From: the human T2T-CHM13v2.0 reference genome, Homo sapiens
Direction: 5' to 3' (one strand)
Length of the DNA stretch: 64,000 nucleotides
Assembly (NCBI RefSeq): GCF_009914755.1
Contig: NC_060940.1
The position numbers and the translations under genes are program-made. Positions within the stretch are counted from its first letter, which is position 1. Every line of letters starts with the position of its first letter. The notes beneath the pieces are model-generated. The model saw nothing but the letters and a program-made list of their open reading frames with translations, was not told where the DNA came from and did no database searches. This document shows positions 27,221 through 43,860 of the stretch, one piece after another.

Positions 27221-27710
27221 GTTTGTCATTTGCTGCCTTAGGCTGAGATCGGTCACCCTCAACCCACAGACGCAGGGGCCAGCAGCATCAGTCCATGGAG
27301 GATTGGGCTGCCTTTCCCACAGAGTGGCTCCAGGCAGCAGCTGGGAGGGCTGGAAGGGTGAGCTCCCCACCTCCTCTCCTCCTTCGCCCTGTGGGTCTTT
27401 GGGATTTAGTTTGGACCCTGCCCAGACCCAGAAAATGGTCAAGACATGTTTTAAGACTTCTCTTGGGCTTTGGTTAAACCAAGAGGGCAATGTGGATGGG
27501 GCTCAGGGCCCCCATGTGTGCACCCTGAAGGTACAGGGCTGGCCCAGGGTTAATACTGGGACCGTCGTTCTGGTGGCCTGCATGGCTACAGTGGGAGGGC
27601 CAGACTGGACCGCCAAGGATGGCTTAGAGGGGCAGCCCCAGAGAGGGCAGAGGCAGATTCTTAAAGGGATACAGACTCTTTACCCACTGCTGGGCAGCTT
27701 GCCCCACAAA

Positions 27711-28931
27711 GATGACAGTAATGGTGGTGGTGATAATGTTGGTGATGGTGATGATGGTGGTGGTGGTGGTGATGGTGATGATGGTGGTGGTGGTGATGGT
27801 GATGATGGTGGTGGTGGTGAAAATGGTGATAGTGATGGTGGTGATGGTGCTGGCGGTGGTGATGGTGATGATGGTGATGGTGCTGGTGCTGGTGATGACG
27901 ATGATGGTGATAGTGGTGATGGTGATGATGATGATGGTTGTGGTGGTGGTGATAATGATGATGGTGATGGTAATGATGGTGATGGTGGTGGTGATGGTGA
28001 TGGTGGTGATGGTGATGGTAATGATGGTGATGGTGGTGGTGATGGTAATGATGGTGATGGTGGTGATGGTGATGGTGGTGGTGGTGGTGATGATGATGAT
28101 GGTGATGGTAATGATGGTGATGGTGGTGGTGATGGTGATGATGGTGATGGTGGTGCTGGTGGTAACAATGATAATGATCGTGGTGATGGTGATGGTGGTG
28201 GTGATAATGGTGGTAGTGATGGTGATGATGGTGGTGGTGGTGATAATGGTGATGGTGATGGTAATGATGGCGATGGTGGTGGTGATGGTGATGATGATGT
28301 TGGTGGTGGTGATTGTGATGGTAGTGGCAATAATGGTGGTAGTGATGGTGATGATGGTGATGGTGGTGGTGGTAGTGATGATGGTGATGGTGATGGTAAT
28401 GATGGTGATGGTGGTGGTGATGGTGATGATGGTGATGGTAATGATGGTGATGGTGGTGGTGATGGTGACGGTGATGATGGTGGTGATGGTGATGATGGTG
28501 ATGGTGGTGGTAATGATGGTGATGGTAATGATGGTGATGGTGGTGGTGATGGTGATGATAGTGATGGTGGTGGTGGTAATAATGATAATGATGGTGGCGA
28601 TGGTGGTGGTGATAATGCTGATGGTGGTAGTGATGGTGATGGTGGTGGTGATGGTGATGATGGTGATGGTGGTGCTGATGGTGATGATGGTGATGGTGGT
28701 GGTGGTAATAATGATAATGATGGTGGTGATGGTGGTGGTGATGATGGTGATGGTGGTAGTCATGGTGACGATGGTGGTGTTGGTGATTATGGTGATGGTA
28801 ATGATGGTGATGGTGGTGATGATGGTGATGGTGATGATGATGATGTTGGTAGTGATGGTGATGATGTTGATGGTGGCAATGATGATGATGATGATGGTGG
28901 TGTTGACAGTGACAGTGATGATGATAGTGGT
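27711..28931. repeat. ~1.2-kb degenerate trinucleotide array (GAT/GGT)n = (ATC/ACC)n
   Basis: Directly visible; source of the poly-GD, poly-MV, poly-IT, poly-H and poly-PS ORFs. Confidence 0.98.
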
Positions 28932-29796
28932 TGGTCTCACTCTCATTATATAATGTGCAGGCCCTGCAGGAGCTGAACTCCACTTTTGCACTCAGTCCTA
29001 TCAAGGGTGAGCCTCCTTCCTCACTTCCCTAAAGGAGTAGAGGGCAGCATCATTCTTTACCTGCCTTCCATCATTTTAGATAGTCAGACACAAATGGTCC
29101 CAAGGGTGCCTCTGATTTAGCCCCTACCCCAGCACCTTCACGTCGAATCCTCCATTACCACCCCCAAATTACTTCCTGGGATGGCTGGTTGCTTGGAATA
29201 TGCCCAGACCAGGGTGACCTAGGTCTTTGCTCATCCTACATAACAGCTTTGATAAACACAGGAAATGCGGTTTTGTTTCCAGACATCACTACTCAAGACT
29301 GACGGGTGGGACATGCTCCTTCCAGGAAAAGGCCCTGAACCCAGCCTCAAAATTGACCTCCCTGGATCCCAATGCCGGTGGGACCCCTGAGGCCATCCTA
29401 AGTCCAAACCCCACCTCCCTAGGAAGGAAACTCCCGGGCTTGTGGCGGGGCTCTCCAACACTCTTCAGGGGGCAATGATATCACACTCTGAGGACACTAT
29501 CACACAAGTGATGGAGGCATCACCCACTTCTGTTCTCCATTTGGAAATGCCAAGTCATTCTCAAAGGAGGAGGGGAACAGCCACAAGCATTGGTATGGGG
29601 ACGTCCATGAGCCTGATAGGTCAAATCCTAGCACTGCCAGTCAGAGTCATATGACACTCAACGAGTTGCTATGCCTCAGCTTCTGCACACATCCAAAGAA
29701 AGTAATAATAGTTCTTGGAGAACCGTTGTGGGAATTAAATGAGGGGCATATGGTGACTTCTAATCATGATGCACTGAATGAATGCTGTTTGCACAG

Positions 29797-30146
29797 ATGG
29801 ATGAATGAATGGGTGGATGGGTGGGTGAGTGAATGGATAAATGAGTGGGTGGGTGTGTGGATGGATGAATGGATGGGTGGATGGAATGGTGGATGGGCAG
29901 GTGGGTGGGTGGATGAGTGAATGGATAAATGGGTGGGTGGGTGTGTGGATGGATGAATGAAAGGGTAGATGGAATAGTGGGGGGCAGGTGGGTGGGTGGG
30001 TGAGTGAATGGATGAATGGGTGGGTGGGTGTGTGAATGGATGAATGAATGGGTAGATGAAACGGTGGATGGGCAGGTGAGTGAGTGCATGGATGGGTAGA
30101 TAGATGGGTGGGTGAATGTATGGATGGGTGAACAAATGGATTAGTG
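29797..30146. repeat. (GGAT/GAAT/GGGT)n array with 87-88-bp higher-order unit
   Basis: tgagtgaatggat..gggtgtgtg..gggcaggtg recurs from 29826, 29914 and 30001. Confidence 0.93.
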
Positions 30147-30519
30147 ATTCAGCCTCTGCCCTTAACAAGTTCAGACCTTCAAGAAAGCACCTCTGCCTGT
30201 GCAGCTCCCTTTCCCTGGAGTGTCCTCTCATCCCTCCTTCTTTTTATCCACCTAGAAATTGCCAGGTTCTGAGTCTCCCCATCGTGTTGCCAGGAGACAG
30301 TTGCATTTCCACAGGGAGCTCCAAATGTGCACTGTTGAAACCTTAAACAGAGGCTTTTGGGTTACATTAGTTGGGCTCCAGAGGTGAAACCTGATGCCTG
30401 CAAACAATAACAAATAATAATCATCATCATATTAATGAAATAAAAGATAAAAATAAAACATGGGTTTAGGGGTGGATAGAGGCATGGAAAGATGTACTGG
30501 TAGAGTGAATACTTTCTGT

Positions 30520-30735
30520 TGCAGGACTGCTCTCCATGGCTGACTTCATTTTATACTTAAAAACAAGCCTATGTGGCACTATGGTTATCATTTCCATTTT
30601 ACAGATGGGGAAACTGAGGCACAGTGAAAGTTTTTTTGTTTGTTTTGTTTTGTTTCCTTTAAGTAATTTATCCAAGGACACTCAGCAGGTCTTTGTGCGA
30701 GCTCAGATTTCAGCCAAGGCTGTCTTGCCCCACAC
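30520..30735 (-). mobile_element. MIR SINE
   Basis: ccattttacagatggggaaactgaggcacag..aagtaatttatccaaggacac. Confidence 0.8.
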
Positions 30736-32064
30736 TTGAGGAGCCCCATTTTGCCCAGTGGTTGAGGTTAACAGCATTCTCCTTCCTCCTCGTGCTCTGC
30801 TGAGCAAAACTCACGACCTGGCCAAATGCCGTGCTCAGGTTCAGCCAGAAGCAGTGCCCCGGGTGACTGCAGACCCTCCAGAACTTGAGGATCCCACCCT
30901 CTGACCCAACACCCACCCCTGAAACTGATACTGTGTGCCTCACACAGAAGGCCAAGGCCCCCAGGACGACGAGACTGCCCTCCGAGCGGCCTGAGCCCAG
31001 AGACAGCAGCCTCCATCGGACCCAAGGCCTCCGACCGCCCTGACGAACCTCAGCGGCAGCGCAGACGTCAGAGAGGTTTCTTTCGCAGGCAGCGAGGGGA
31101 AACTTGCAACGCAGAGGTGAGTCACCCTAAAAACTCAGTGAAGTAGTAACAGCGCCAGGCATGAACTCCGCTTTCGGCCAAGCCAAACAAATAGCCTGGA
31201 GGGAAGGGGTGGTGGTGGGGGTGAGGAGCTGTTATTTCAGTTTATAGGTCTCTAAGGCAGTTTACGAGGCTGCGTGGTCTGTATCATAAGTGGGCAGTAT
31301 GGTCAATTCTATTATATCTGGGCCCATTCCAGGCCTCAGTGGTTTGAAGAGAAAACCAACTCTGCAGAATAACGGTGCCTCGCCCCATGTCCCCAGATAT
31401 AACTTTCTTCGATGACTCTTTAAATCTGCCCGCCTTTCACATGGCTGTCCGCCCAGCTGCTGTTCACCAGCTATCACCAACTGTCTTCCCTTAGTTTGTC
31501 CTTGGGAAGCTCAACCCAGCGTGGTTCATTTTCTCTAAGTGGATCGCTGCTCAGGGAAAAAAAAAAAAGAACGCTCTAGCCTAAACTTTCTCAATCCTGG
31601 TGATGCGTTAGAATGATCCAGAGCACCCGACAAGCTAGAGATGCCTAAGGTAGCCCCAGGAGCACAGGTTCAAATGGCCCTGGGGTGGGGGCTCAGGAAC
31701 TGGTATCTTATAATGGCCCTGCCCTGCTCTTCGTGTTGCTGAGAGGAGCCTGGGTGAGAACTGTGGCCAGTTCGCGATTGTGGGCATTAGCATTACCTGG
31801 GAGGGGGTCACAGATGAGTGTTCATGCCCTCATCCCACTTCCATGTCAGCAGATCTGCGAAGGAGCCCGGGAATCAGCCTTTCAAAGCAGCTTCTTGCAC
31901 AGCAGGCAGGGCCAGCGCCGGGGAAACACTGCTTGGCCAGTTGCCCCTCCCTGGCCTTAGAAGTATCCCTTGCAAAGGAGGGGACACAGTCTGGTAACTG
32001 CCTTCCCTGCTCTCACCCTGGGCTTTCTCCCCCTTACTGCCCCTCCCCAATCACCCTTAGAAGA

Positions 32065-32243
32065 ACATTTCCAATGAGAGGTCCCAGGATCATCCAGCCT
32101 CACCCGGGAACTTGTTAGGAAAGCAAATTCCTGGGTTCTACTCCAGACTTACCCACCCAGGAAGTTTGGGAGGAGGACCTGACCGTTTGCTCTAGCAAGA
32201 CCCCTGGCGTATCCCGAGTGAGGCTCCAGTTGGAGAAACACTA
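32065..32243 (+). mobile_element. MER5A-like
   Basis: cacccgggaacttgttaggaaagcaaattcctgg..ccagacttac..gttggagaaacact; a second MER5-like copy at ~31580-31770. Confidence 0.65.
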
Positions 32244-33236
32244 ACTTAGAAGAAGGAGGAGACCTATGCTGGGATTTCTTGAGGAGTCACCCCCACTCAC
32301 TAGCTGTATGATCTTGGAGAAGACGCTTAGCATCTTTGACCCCATTTCTGCAAGACAATGTGGATCTTTGATTTGTGTACATCCTTCGGAGCTGGGCACC
32401 TTCACCAAGCTGAAACCCAAGGGCATACATAGGCTGGGCAAGTTTTACCACCCACCCAGTTGCAGACAAGGTAATGGAGGCTGGAGGAGCTGTGCTGCAA
32501 CCTGCCCAGACACAGCAGTGTATGATGGCGGGGCCTTGTTCTGCCGTCCACCAGGTCTAGGACACCCTCCCCATCCTGCAGAGTCAGCCTAGGTCATTGT
32601 CAAGACCAATGCTGACTTTCCAGGAATGCCATAGGCTGCAGAGCACGACTCCCAAGGCCTTGGGCTATGGGTCCCCAAAAGCCAGCAGCGATCAGCACCC
32701 AGAGTCCTCCACTGGCCTGGGAGAGAAGGGGGCATTGCTTCAACAGTTGCACTCTAGAATGGTCCCCGCAGTGGACACCAAGAAAGCCGCTCAAGCCAGG
32801 ATCACAAGGGAGCAGATGGCCTCCAGGATGGGCCCAGGTTCTCCTTGAGAGTGTGTGTCCTTTGGTGCACCCTCCGCACCATCCCTGGGAGCGGGATTCT
32901 GAGCACAGTCACCGTGAGGGGGGCAGGGAATTCTAGTGGGGCCTGGCCAAGAGGCTGCCGCCCCAGCCCCACACACTGCAAAGCTTATTTTCCTACCTGC
33001 AGTGAGAGGGAGGTCCCAGCTCTGTTCAATGCAGCAGAGAGGGAGTTAGGGTCTGTAAGTAACAACGGGTCGAGCTTGAGAACCTGGAGACCTTAGCTGG
33101 GGAATGGGGATGGGCATGCATGATGCAAACTGCTCCCTGGCCAAAGCCAGGACTAGGGTGAGACCCAAGAGGCATTTGTCTCTGGCACAAAATTGAATAA
33201 TGGATGCCCAAAAACCAAATGATCAAGATAATATCT

Positions 33237-33447
33237 TTTTTTTTTGAGACAGAGTCTTGCTCTGTCACCCAGACTGGAGTGCGGTGGCATGATCTTGGCT
33301 CACCACAACCCCTGTCTTCGAGGTTCAAGTGATTCTCCTGCCTCAGCCTCCTGAGTAGCTGAGAGTAGCTGCCTGTAAATGCGTGCACCACCATGCCTGT
33401 TTTAGTAGAGAAGGGGTTTCGACATGTTGGCCAGGCTGGTCTTGAAT
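33237..33447 (-). mobile_element. AluS, 5'-truncated, with internal linker deletion
   Basis: tttgagacagagtcttgctctgtcaccca..catgcctg|ttttagtagaga..ggtcttgaa. Confidence 0.88.
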
Positions 33448-34697
33448 GTGACACTTTTTAAAGATAACGTTAATACCAGAGAACGCTAATGAACAAAATA
33501 TTTAAAAATATTAAAATTGTAAATAAAGACAGAATCTGACCCTGGCCTTGTAGAACCCTGCCTTGCTGGCCATCCTCTAATCCTGGCCCTGGTTTCAATA
33601 AAACTTTCTTCCTCATAACAGGCTAGCCAGTGGCAGCAAGCAGCAGTTTGCCGGTTTGGTTTTTTAAAATATTATTCTAAAGTATCATTTCTCAAGATTT
33701 TTGGTGCACAGTTAAATTTTGCAGCAAGTCCTCCCTGGTCCCACAATTCAGTGAACCTGCTCTGGCCTGAAATGTCCCACAGTGAGACGCTGGTAAGCCC
33801 GGCCGGACTAAATCACAGGTGCTGGGTATCCCAGCAGCCACAGGAGTCCTGCCGCTCAAGGCGGTTCCCGCGGGCTCTCTTCTCACTTGGTGAGACTGTA
33901 TATTTGCAGAGAACATTCTCGACGCCATGGCTGCTGACTGGGCAGAGCCTTTGCCAGGGTATTTGCATCAAAGTCTTCTCAACTTTAAAGGTGTATGACA
34001 TTTCTGAGACAAAATACAGCTCAGCTAATCATATTTTAATAGCTCTACCTTTACAAGCGGCCTGACTCGGAGTGTATACGGTAATATTTTAATTTCTCAG
34101 CTCTGATGAGCATCATTCCAACCAGGTATTCAGTTTCCCCATTTATAAATTTTGCTCCCAGATGTTGGATGCCAGAGAACTCTACATAACAGCTCTACCA
34201 ATATAATATTTAATACTGGATGTCAGTTTTGGTGTTCCACTCAATTTCCTGGAAAGAGGTTGAAACTCCTCTGATTTAGGCAAAATATCCAATCAGTTGC
34301 ATACTCCGAGGCCCGGCCCAGATTGCCATATAATACCACATAACTTGGGGCTCTCATTTCTGAAATGCAAATTTGGAGCAGATGTAGGAAAAGTTTGTCA
34401 TTTATTTCCAAATGTAACAGTTATCAGGCCGAGTCACCGGGAGGGATAATTAGCAAGAGACCAAGTTCACAAGCCTGTCCCCCTAAACCAGGAGACTTGC
34501 TGGGAGACCTACCCCAGCCCCGGTGGGGAGAACAGCATGGGGGGTGTTGGGCTGGGGGTCTCAGATCAGCTACTGATGGAAGAGGCTACATTGGACCTGT
34601 AGGTCTGGAGCAGGTTTTGCATTTGACTTAGAATTTTTAAAATAATGGTTTTGGGACACAGGAAGGTGGTCAGCATGTAATCCTGCACTTCATTTTA

Positions 34698-35064
<367 letters not shown>

Positions 35065-36094
35065 CTAACTTCCCTCAGTCCAGCTCTCTCTGTATGATTT
35101 TGGGGGAGGCAGGTCACTCAGTTCTTTGAGACTCAGAGGAGCTTATTTTCTTGGCGATGCCTTCCTGGTGACCTTAATGCTTGTAGTCAGCTGAAGAAGA
35201 GCTGCCTGGGGTGCAAAAGCCACGAAAAACACCATGTTGTAGGTGGCCAGTGCCTCTAGGGAGCCAGACCAGCCTCCAGAGTGGGCCAGGGTGAGATATC
35301 CCAGGGTTGGGAGGTATTTTTCCGAGAAGTTACTTATCAACTAATTGGTACTTCCGTTTCCTCATCCCAAGGAGGAATGATTGGTTCCTCGCAGGATTCC
35401 CTGTGATGATATAAACAGGGTGGAGGAAACAATAAAGCAAAGTACATGGAGCTCCCGATGGGGTGGATTCCTGACATCCAGTACTGCATGCTGTTCATGG
35501 TCCAAACGTCACGGAGGCAAGATGACAAGTCCTTCAAAACAGGCCCTTCTAGGGGGACCGAATAATTTCCATCAGTGACTAGGAAGTTAAGAGGTCGTGC
35601 ATCTAACCCCACCTCTCCTGGGACCTCACTGTGTGCCTCAGTTTCCCCTTCTGTCAAAAGAGAAGGTTGGGCATGGGAGCTTCAAAGTCCCTTTCAGCTC
35701 TCAGGAGACTTCCTTCCCTGCTGCCCTTGCTGGGGATGGAGGATGTAGACAAAGACCCCTTCCCATTTTCTTGTCAGGGGAAGAGGAATGTGAGTCCTTA
35801 GCATGTTGAGGCCCCAAGGAGAGCTTAAGGAGCCAGAGCTGCAATGGCATATGGAGGAAGTGTGTGGGTGGCTCCCAACTTTCCTGCCTCTTCCATTCTT
35901 GGTCTGGCCAAGTTCAGGAGCATCCCTCCTCTCGCCCTGCAAGGGCATCGAGTCACCCTCCCCTCCCTTCTCCCCTTGTCTCTTTCTTTCCTTCTTTCCA
36001 GATACCAAGCCGCTTGACCTCCACTGTAACGGCCTCAAGTCTCCCCATCGTCTGGGGGCTCTGCTGCTAATTGGGTCGTAAAAGATGATCCTAC

Positions 36095-36196
36095 TGCATA
36101 GCTGTCTGCAAAGCGGGGCCCCCGTGACACAGGATCAATGAAATGCATAGCTGTCTGCAAAGCGGGGCCCCCGTGACACAGGATCAATGAAATGCA
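36095..36196. repeat. Exact 49-bp tandem duplication
   Basis: tgcatagctgtctgcaaagcggggcccccgtgacacaggatcaatgaaa at 36095-36143 and 36144-36192, followed by tgca. Confidence 0.97.
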
Positions 36197-36599
36197 GACC
36201 ACAGGGTGGGCTTACCTGCTGACACTCTGGGCAGAGCCAGGACTGCAGAAGTCAGAGGGTGACTGGATGCTCAGGATGGGAGAGGCAAAGACTGGGGGAT
36301 GAATCATCCCTCCCTGGAGGCCTCCTCATGCCTCTGACCCCCCAGGCTTCTGTTAAAGCGGCCAAAGCCCTCCTCACGCACTCCAGTCAGAACATGGCCC
36401 CCTGGGGCTGCTTCGCAAAGGCCCACAGTCCCGCGAGACCCCGTCCAGAAAGAAGCCCCACGTCTGAGTGGCTCCACCTGGCAGTTCATTCATTCATTCA
36501 CTCATTCGAGCATCACTCGTTTACCGAGTACCTCTGACAATTCTGGCACTGAGCTGCACCCTAGGAGTGCATGAATGGTGTGGCCAGGACCGTGGCTTT

Positions 36600-37075
36600 C
36601 CGTCTTGTCTGCTGTCACCTCCACATTAATAAAGCCCCGTGTTTAGTCGGGGGTGTGGCCACCCAGGCATGAAACTGCACTTCCTGCCTCCCTTGCAGCT
36701 AGCTGTGGCCATGTGATTGCACCCTGGTTAACAAAACTATGCAGGGTGTGGGGGGCCCTTCCTTCAAAAACAAACAAAAGAAACACAGTGGGCCCAAGCC
36801 CCTGGGTCCTTTCCTCTCAGTGGTCCTCTCTCCTGCTGGCTGGAATGCAGATGGGAGGGCTGAAGCTGAAGTGGCCAGTCTTGAGAAGGTGCCTGGGGAC
36901 AGAGGACCCACATGGTAGAGCAACAGACAAAGAAGCCACTTCTCTGGACGGCTGGAGGGAAACGCATCTCTCCACCCTGGCCTGCCTTCCTCTAGACTTT
37001 AGTGTGAAAGAGAAAAACACAAAATCTACCTTCTTTAAGCTACTGTGACTTAGGGTTTTCCAGCTGAGGATAATT
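36600..37075 (+). mobile_element. MaLR LTR (MLT1J-like)
   Basis: cacttcctgcctcccttgcagctagctgtggccatgtga..ctagactttagtgtgaaagagaaaaac..ctttaagctactgtgacttagggtttt. Confidence 0.65.
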
Positions 37076-37364
37076 GAAACCTACACAGCAGGTCATGGTG
37101 CCACATCCTGGTGCAGGGCTGTTGGCAGCACAGAAAGCCCACTGGCCTGGTCTCAGGGGATTGGAGAGGCGTCCCGAGGGGTCTGTGTCTTGGCTGTGCC
37201 CTGTCAGGTGTGTTGGCCAAGGGAAGACGGGTAGGGAGGCATTTCAGGGCTGGAGGTGGGAAGAAGTTCAGTGTGTTTGGAGAAGCTCTGGACTCTTCAG
37301 GGTGGTGGGGACCCCTGCTTTGCATCTATAAAATACACCAGGCCTTAAAATATGTGACCTGTGA

Positions 37365-37638
<274 letters not shown>

Positions 37639-38499
37639 TAGACTTCTGACTTTAAAGACTAGTAAAAACCTGATTCTATGCTCTTTGAAAATCTGCACCT
37701 GCAGAAATTCATCACTGTCATTTTGGCCTCGGAGAGACGCTTCTCAGCTGGGTTCAGGGCTGGATGACTTGTCCTGTCTTCCTGCCCCGGTGGTTGACAT
37801 CCTCAGCCAGATGTTAAGCCCCCTCCTCTCCTTAGGTTCAGACTCTCCCCTTTCAAAATGCCAGCAAGTCCCAAAAGAACAGATGAAGGCGAGGGGCCAG
37901 GACAAGACCATCCCATGGCGGGCTGGGTGTTGGGCTGGATGGCTGCCCCCATCCAGTGACATAGGGCAAGGAAGTCCTGGCCAGATGCCAAAGGAGCACC
38001 AGCAACTCCAAATTCTTATCCTGTGCGTGGCTCTGGGGAATCATTTTATCAGATCAGCCTTCATACAAATAAATGAATCCATTGCCTCAGAGGGTCCCAT
38101 TGTTGTCAAACGGAATCAGCATGCCTCTGTTTTTATTTCTGTGTAAATAACATCTGCTTCCAGAATTACTAGAATTTGTAGTAATAAGTGCACACATAAA
38201 GAGCTTAAATTTCTACATTGTTATTCTTCATTCATTTCTTCATTCGTTTGTTCTGTGAGATTGTCTGTCTTTTGACTTCTCTCTCTCTCTATTTTTCTGA
38301 GGCAAATTTCCTAAGACAAGCCTGAATTATTGGAAGTGGATCTAGGTCCTGAGGGGGGCACAGGGCACCGTTAGTGTCAGTTTCTTGGCCTGGGTGCTGG
38401 ATACAGAACTGTATCCAGTGGGTGATGGTTGAAAAAGCTGTTCGTTTGTATCTCTGAAATTTTCTGCTTGTGTGTTATTCTTCAATAAGATGTTTATTA

Positions 38500-41436
<2,937 letters not shown>

Positions 41437-42719
41437 CTGCAAAGAAAAGCAAGGGAGGGGGGACGCCAAATCATTTGCACATTTCACGTTGACGGAGCCC
41501 TGTGCTAGCACGATCGGAGGTCAGACGGGAAGCCAGGCTTCTCGGGCGGGGCTTGTAATAACAGAGTGACCCGGGCTCACTCACCCCACCCAGCACTTCC
41601 CACCTGATCCCAGCAGGAGCTGCTCTTAGCTGCTCTCCCTCCTCCTCTTCCATGAATCCAGAGCTTTCAAAAATTTGGCAGAGTAAATTGGAATCTTAGA
41701 CTTTTCTAAGTGTGGGTTGTATTTTTCAGTTCTCCTTCCTCCCCACCTAAGCAAGACCAGCCATATCCCAATTCCTTAGGCAAGTCATGATGACAAGAGC
41801 TAAGCTTCAATGAGCACCTGCTGTGTACTGGGTCCAAGTGCGTTCTGCTCACTGATACCTTTAACCCTCATAATAACCTAGATCTGGATTGCTAAGATTG
41901 AGTCTTAGTTCTGCTGAGCAGTGTGACCTTGCACAAGTTACTTAACCTCTCTGTGACTCAGAAAGACACAGTGGAGAAAGTATGTGACTGACCTCAAAAT
42001 GTTGTTTTAAGCAAATAAGGCTAAATATGCAATGCTCTTAAGAGTAGTTCTGGGTACATGATAAGCACCTCCGTCCCAGTGTTAGCTGTTACTGTCCCAT
42101 TGTCCTGAAGCCAGCCGATTACCTAAGAGCACACAGTGCACTGCTGGCAGAGCTGGGCTTCGGGCTTTTGACGAGTAGGCTGCAGTGCCTTGGACAGAAG
42201 CAGCAGCTGCAAGATACCATCACTGTGTCGGGGTATGTGCAGAGAAGAGCTCCTTATGCAAGCATTCTTCAGTGGCTGCAGGCCATAGCTGCATGCAGGC
42301 AAACGCAATGCCAAGGCATGTGTGTGTGAAAGAAGGAAAATGTCAAGTGAGGACTGTTCACCACCATTCTCTTGCCCCACCTTCTAAAAGAGAAAGGGTA
42401 CTCCCTTTACTTGGCTGGTTCCTGGGCTGGAGTGTGGTGTGGGGACAAGGGAAGCAGGGTGGAGGCGATCTAGAAGATGGGACAGAGAGAGGCCACAGGA
42501 TGGAACAGCCAGGGTGTGTGACCAGCCAAATGTCCATCAATGGAGCTTGGTTAAATAAACGGTAGTAGACTAAATATCACACAGCTGCCACCAAGATGGA
42601 GGAAGCTCTGTGGGGGCTGACAGGGAAGGAGCACCAAGGTATATTGTTAGGGGGAGAGCCAAACTGCAAAATGGTGTGTATGACGCACTAACTTTTGTGT
42701 AGGAGGAATAAGATATACA

Positions 42720-42973
42720 CACTCATTCCTTGCTATACTCGCAGACTTGGTTCCAGGACCCCTCAATATATCAAATCTGTGCATATTCTAGTCCTGCAGC
42801 CAGCCCTGTGGAACCCACGATACCAACAGTCAGCCCTCTGTGTGTGCAGGTTTCACATCCACGAACATCGTATTTCCATCCTTGTTTGGTTGAAAAAAAT
42901 TCACATATAAATGGATACGTGGACTCAAACCCGTGTTGAACCAGTTCATACCTACGTTGTTCAGGGTCCACTG
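42720..42973 (+). mobile_element. MER8-like (TcMar-Tigger) MITE
   Basis: ttggttccaggacccc..gccctgtggaaccc..tttggttgaaaaaaattc..caaacccgtgttg..gttcagggtccactg|ta. Confidence 0.8.
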
Positions 42974-43107
42974 TAGTTGCGTTTTCTTTTATGTGCATGA
43001 AGTAATCCTAGAAGAATAAAACTGGTTATCCAGGAAGGGTGCAGAGAGGAGGAGATGCTAGAAACTGAGCAAATGGGGCACAGAGATGGGAGCAAGCTCT
43101 CTCTACA

Positions 43108-43400
43108 TGTGTGTCTGTGTACTGTATGTACATATATTATATATTGTATATATATGCTGTATACATAATTTCATCCACATATACATTATTAATTAATATT
43201 AATAAAACATTAATATTTATTAATGTCATAATCAATATAGTATTATATATTTCTATTTATATTATATACTTGTATAATTATATATTATTATAATGTTATA
43301 ATTAATACATTAAAATTGCACATTAATTAATAAAACATTAATATTTGTTAATGTTATAATTAATAAATATACATGTGTATGTATATTAACCCATGTGAAT
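43108..43400. repeat. AT-rich low-complexity tract with internal ~38-bp duplication
   Basis: ttaataaaacattaatattt(a/g)ttaatgt(c/t)ataat(c/t)aata at ~43199 and ~43327. Confidence 0.85.
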
Positions 43401-43404
43401 AGTT

Positions 43405-43860
43405 AAATGTGTATATACTTAATAACAGAGCTTGAAAATATCATAAAGCAAAATTTTATAGTAAAAAAGGAGAAACCAAGAAATCAACCATCATAATTGG
43501 AGATGTTAAAATCCTCTCGGTAGTTGATCGAAGTAGGCAAAAGAAATCAGTAAAAATATAAAAGATTGGAACAACACTAGCGACCACTTGACCTAATAGA
43601 ACATATAGAATACTCACTCAGCAAGTGTAGAAAACTCACTCTTTGTGACTGTATGTGAAACATTCGTCAAGACAGACCATATGCTGGAACATAAAACAGT
43701 TGTAATACATTGCAAAAGACTAAATGTCCAGAATATGTTCCCCGACCACAATGGAATTAAGTTAGAAATCAACAAGAAAATATCTGGAAAAAATCCCGAG
43801 AGACTTGGAAATTAAGGAACACTCTTCCAAATAACCCATGGGTCACAGAAGAAACCGCAG
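43405..43860 (+). mobile_element. Old L1 ORF2 endonuclease-domain relic
   Basis: Residual codons for IIGDV (L1 IVGDFN motif), DHML and FPDHNGIKLEIN (from 43738; L1 FSDH motif), then WKL; frameshifted. Confidence 0.85.

Noticed and set aside
27147-29004. 609-aa Gly/Asp, 455-aa Ile/Thr, 447-aa His and 413-aa Met/Val ORFs as protein genes
   Set aside because: All are readings of one (GAT/GGT)n repeat that lacks stops by composition; the non-repeat N-terminus runs through a MER5A-like relic; no domain is recognisable.
43405-43860. Functional endonuclease gene
   Set aside because: Frameshifted, truncated L1 ORF2 relic.
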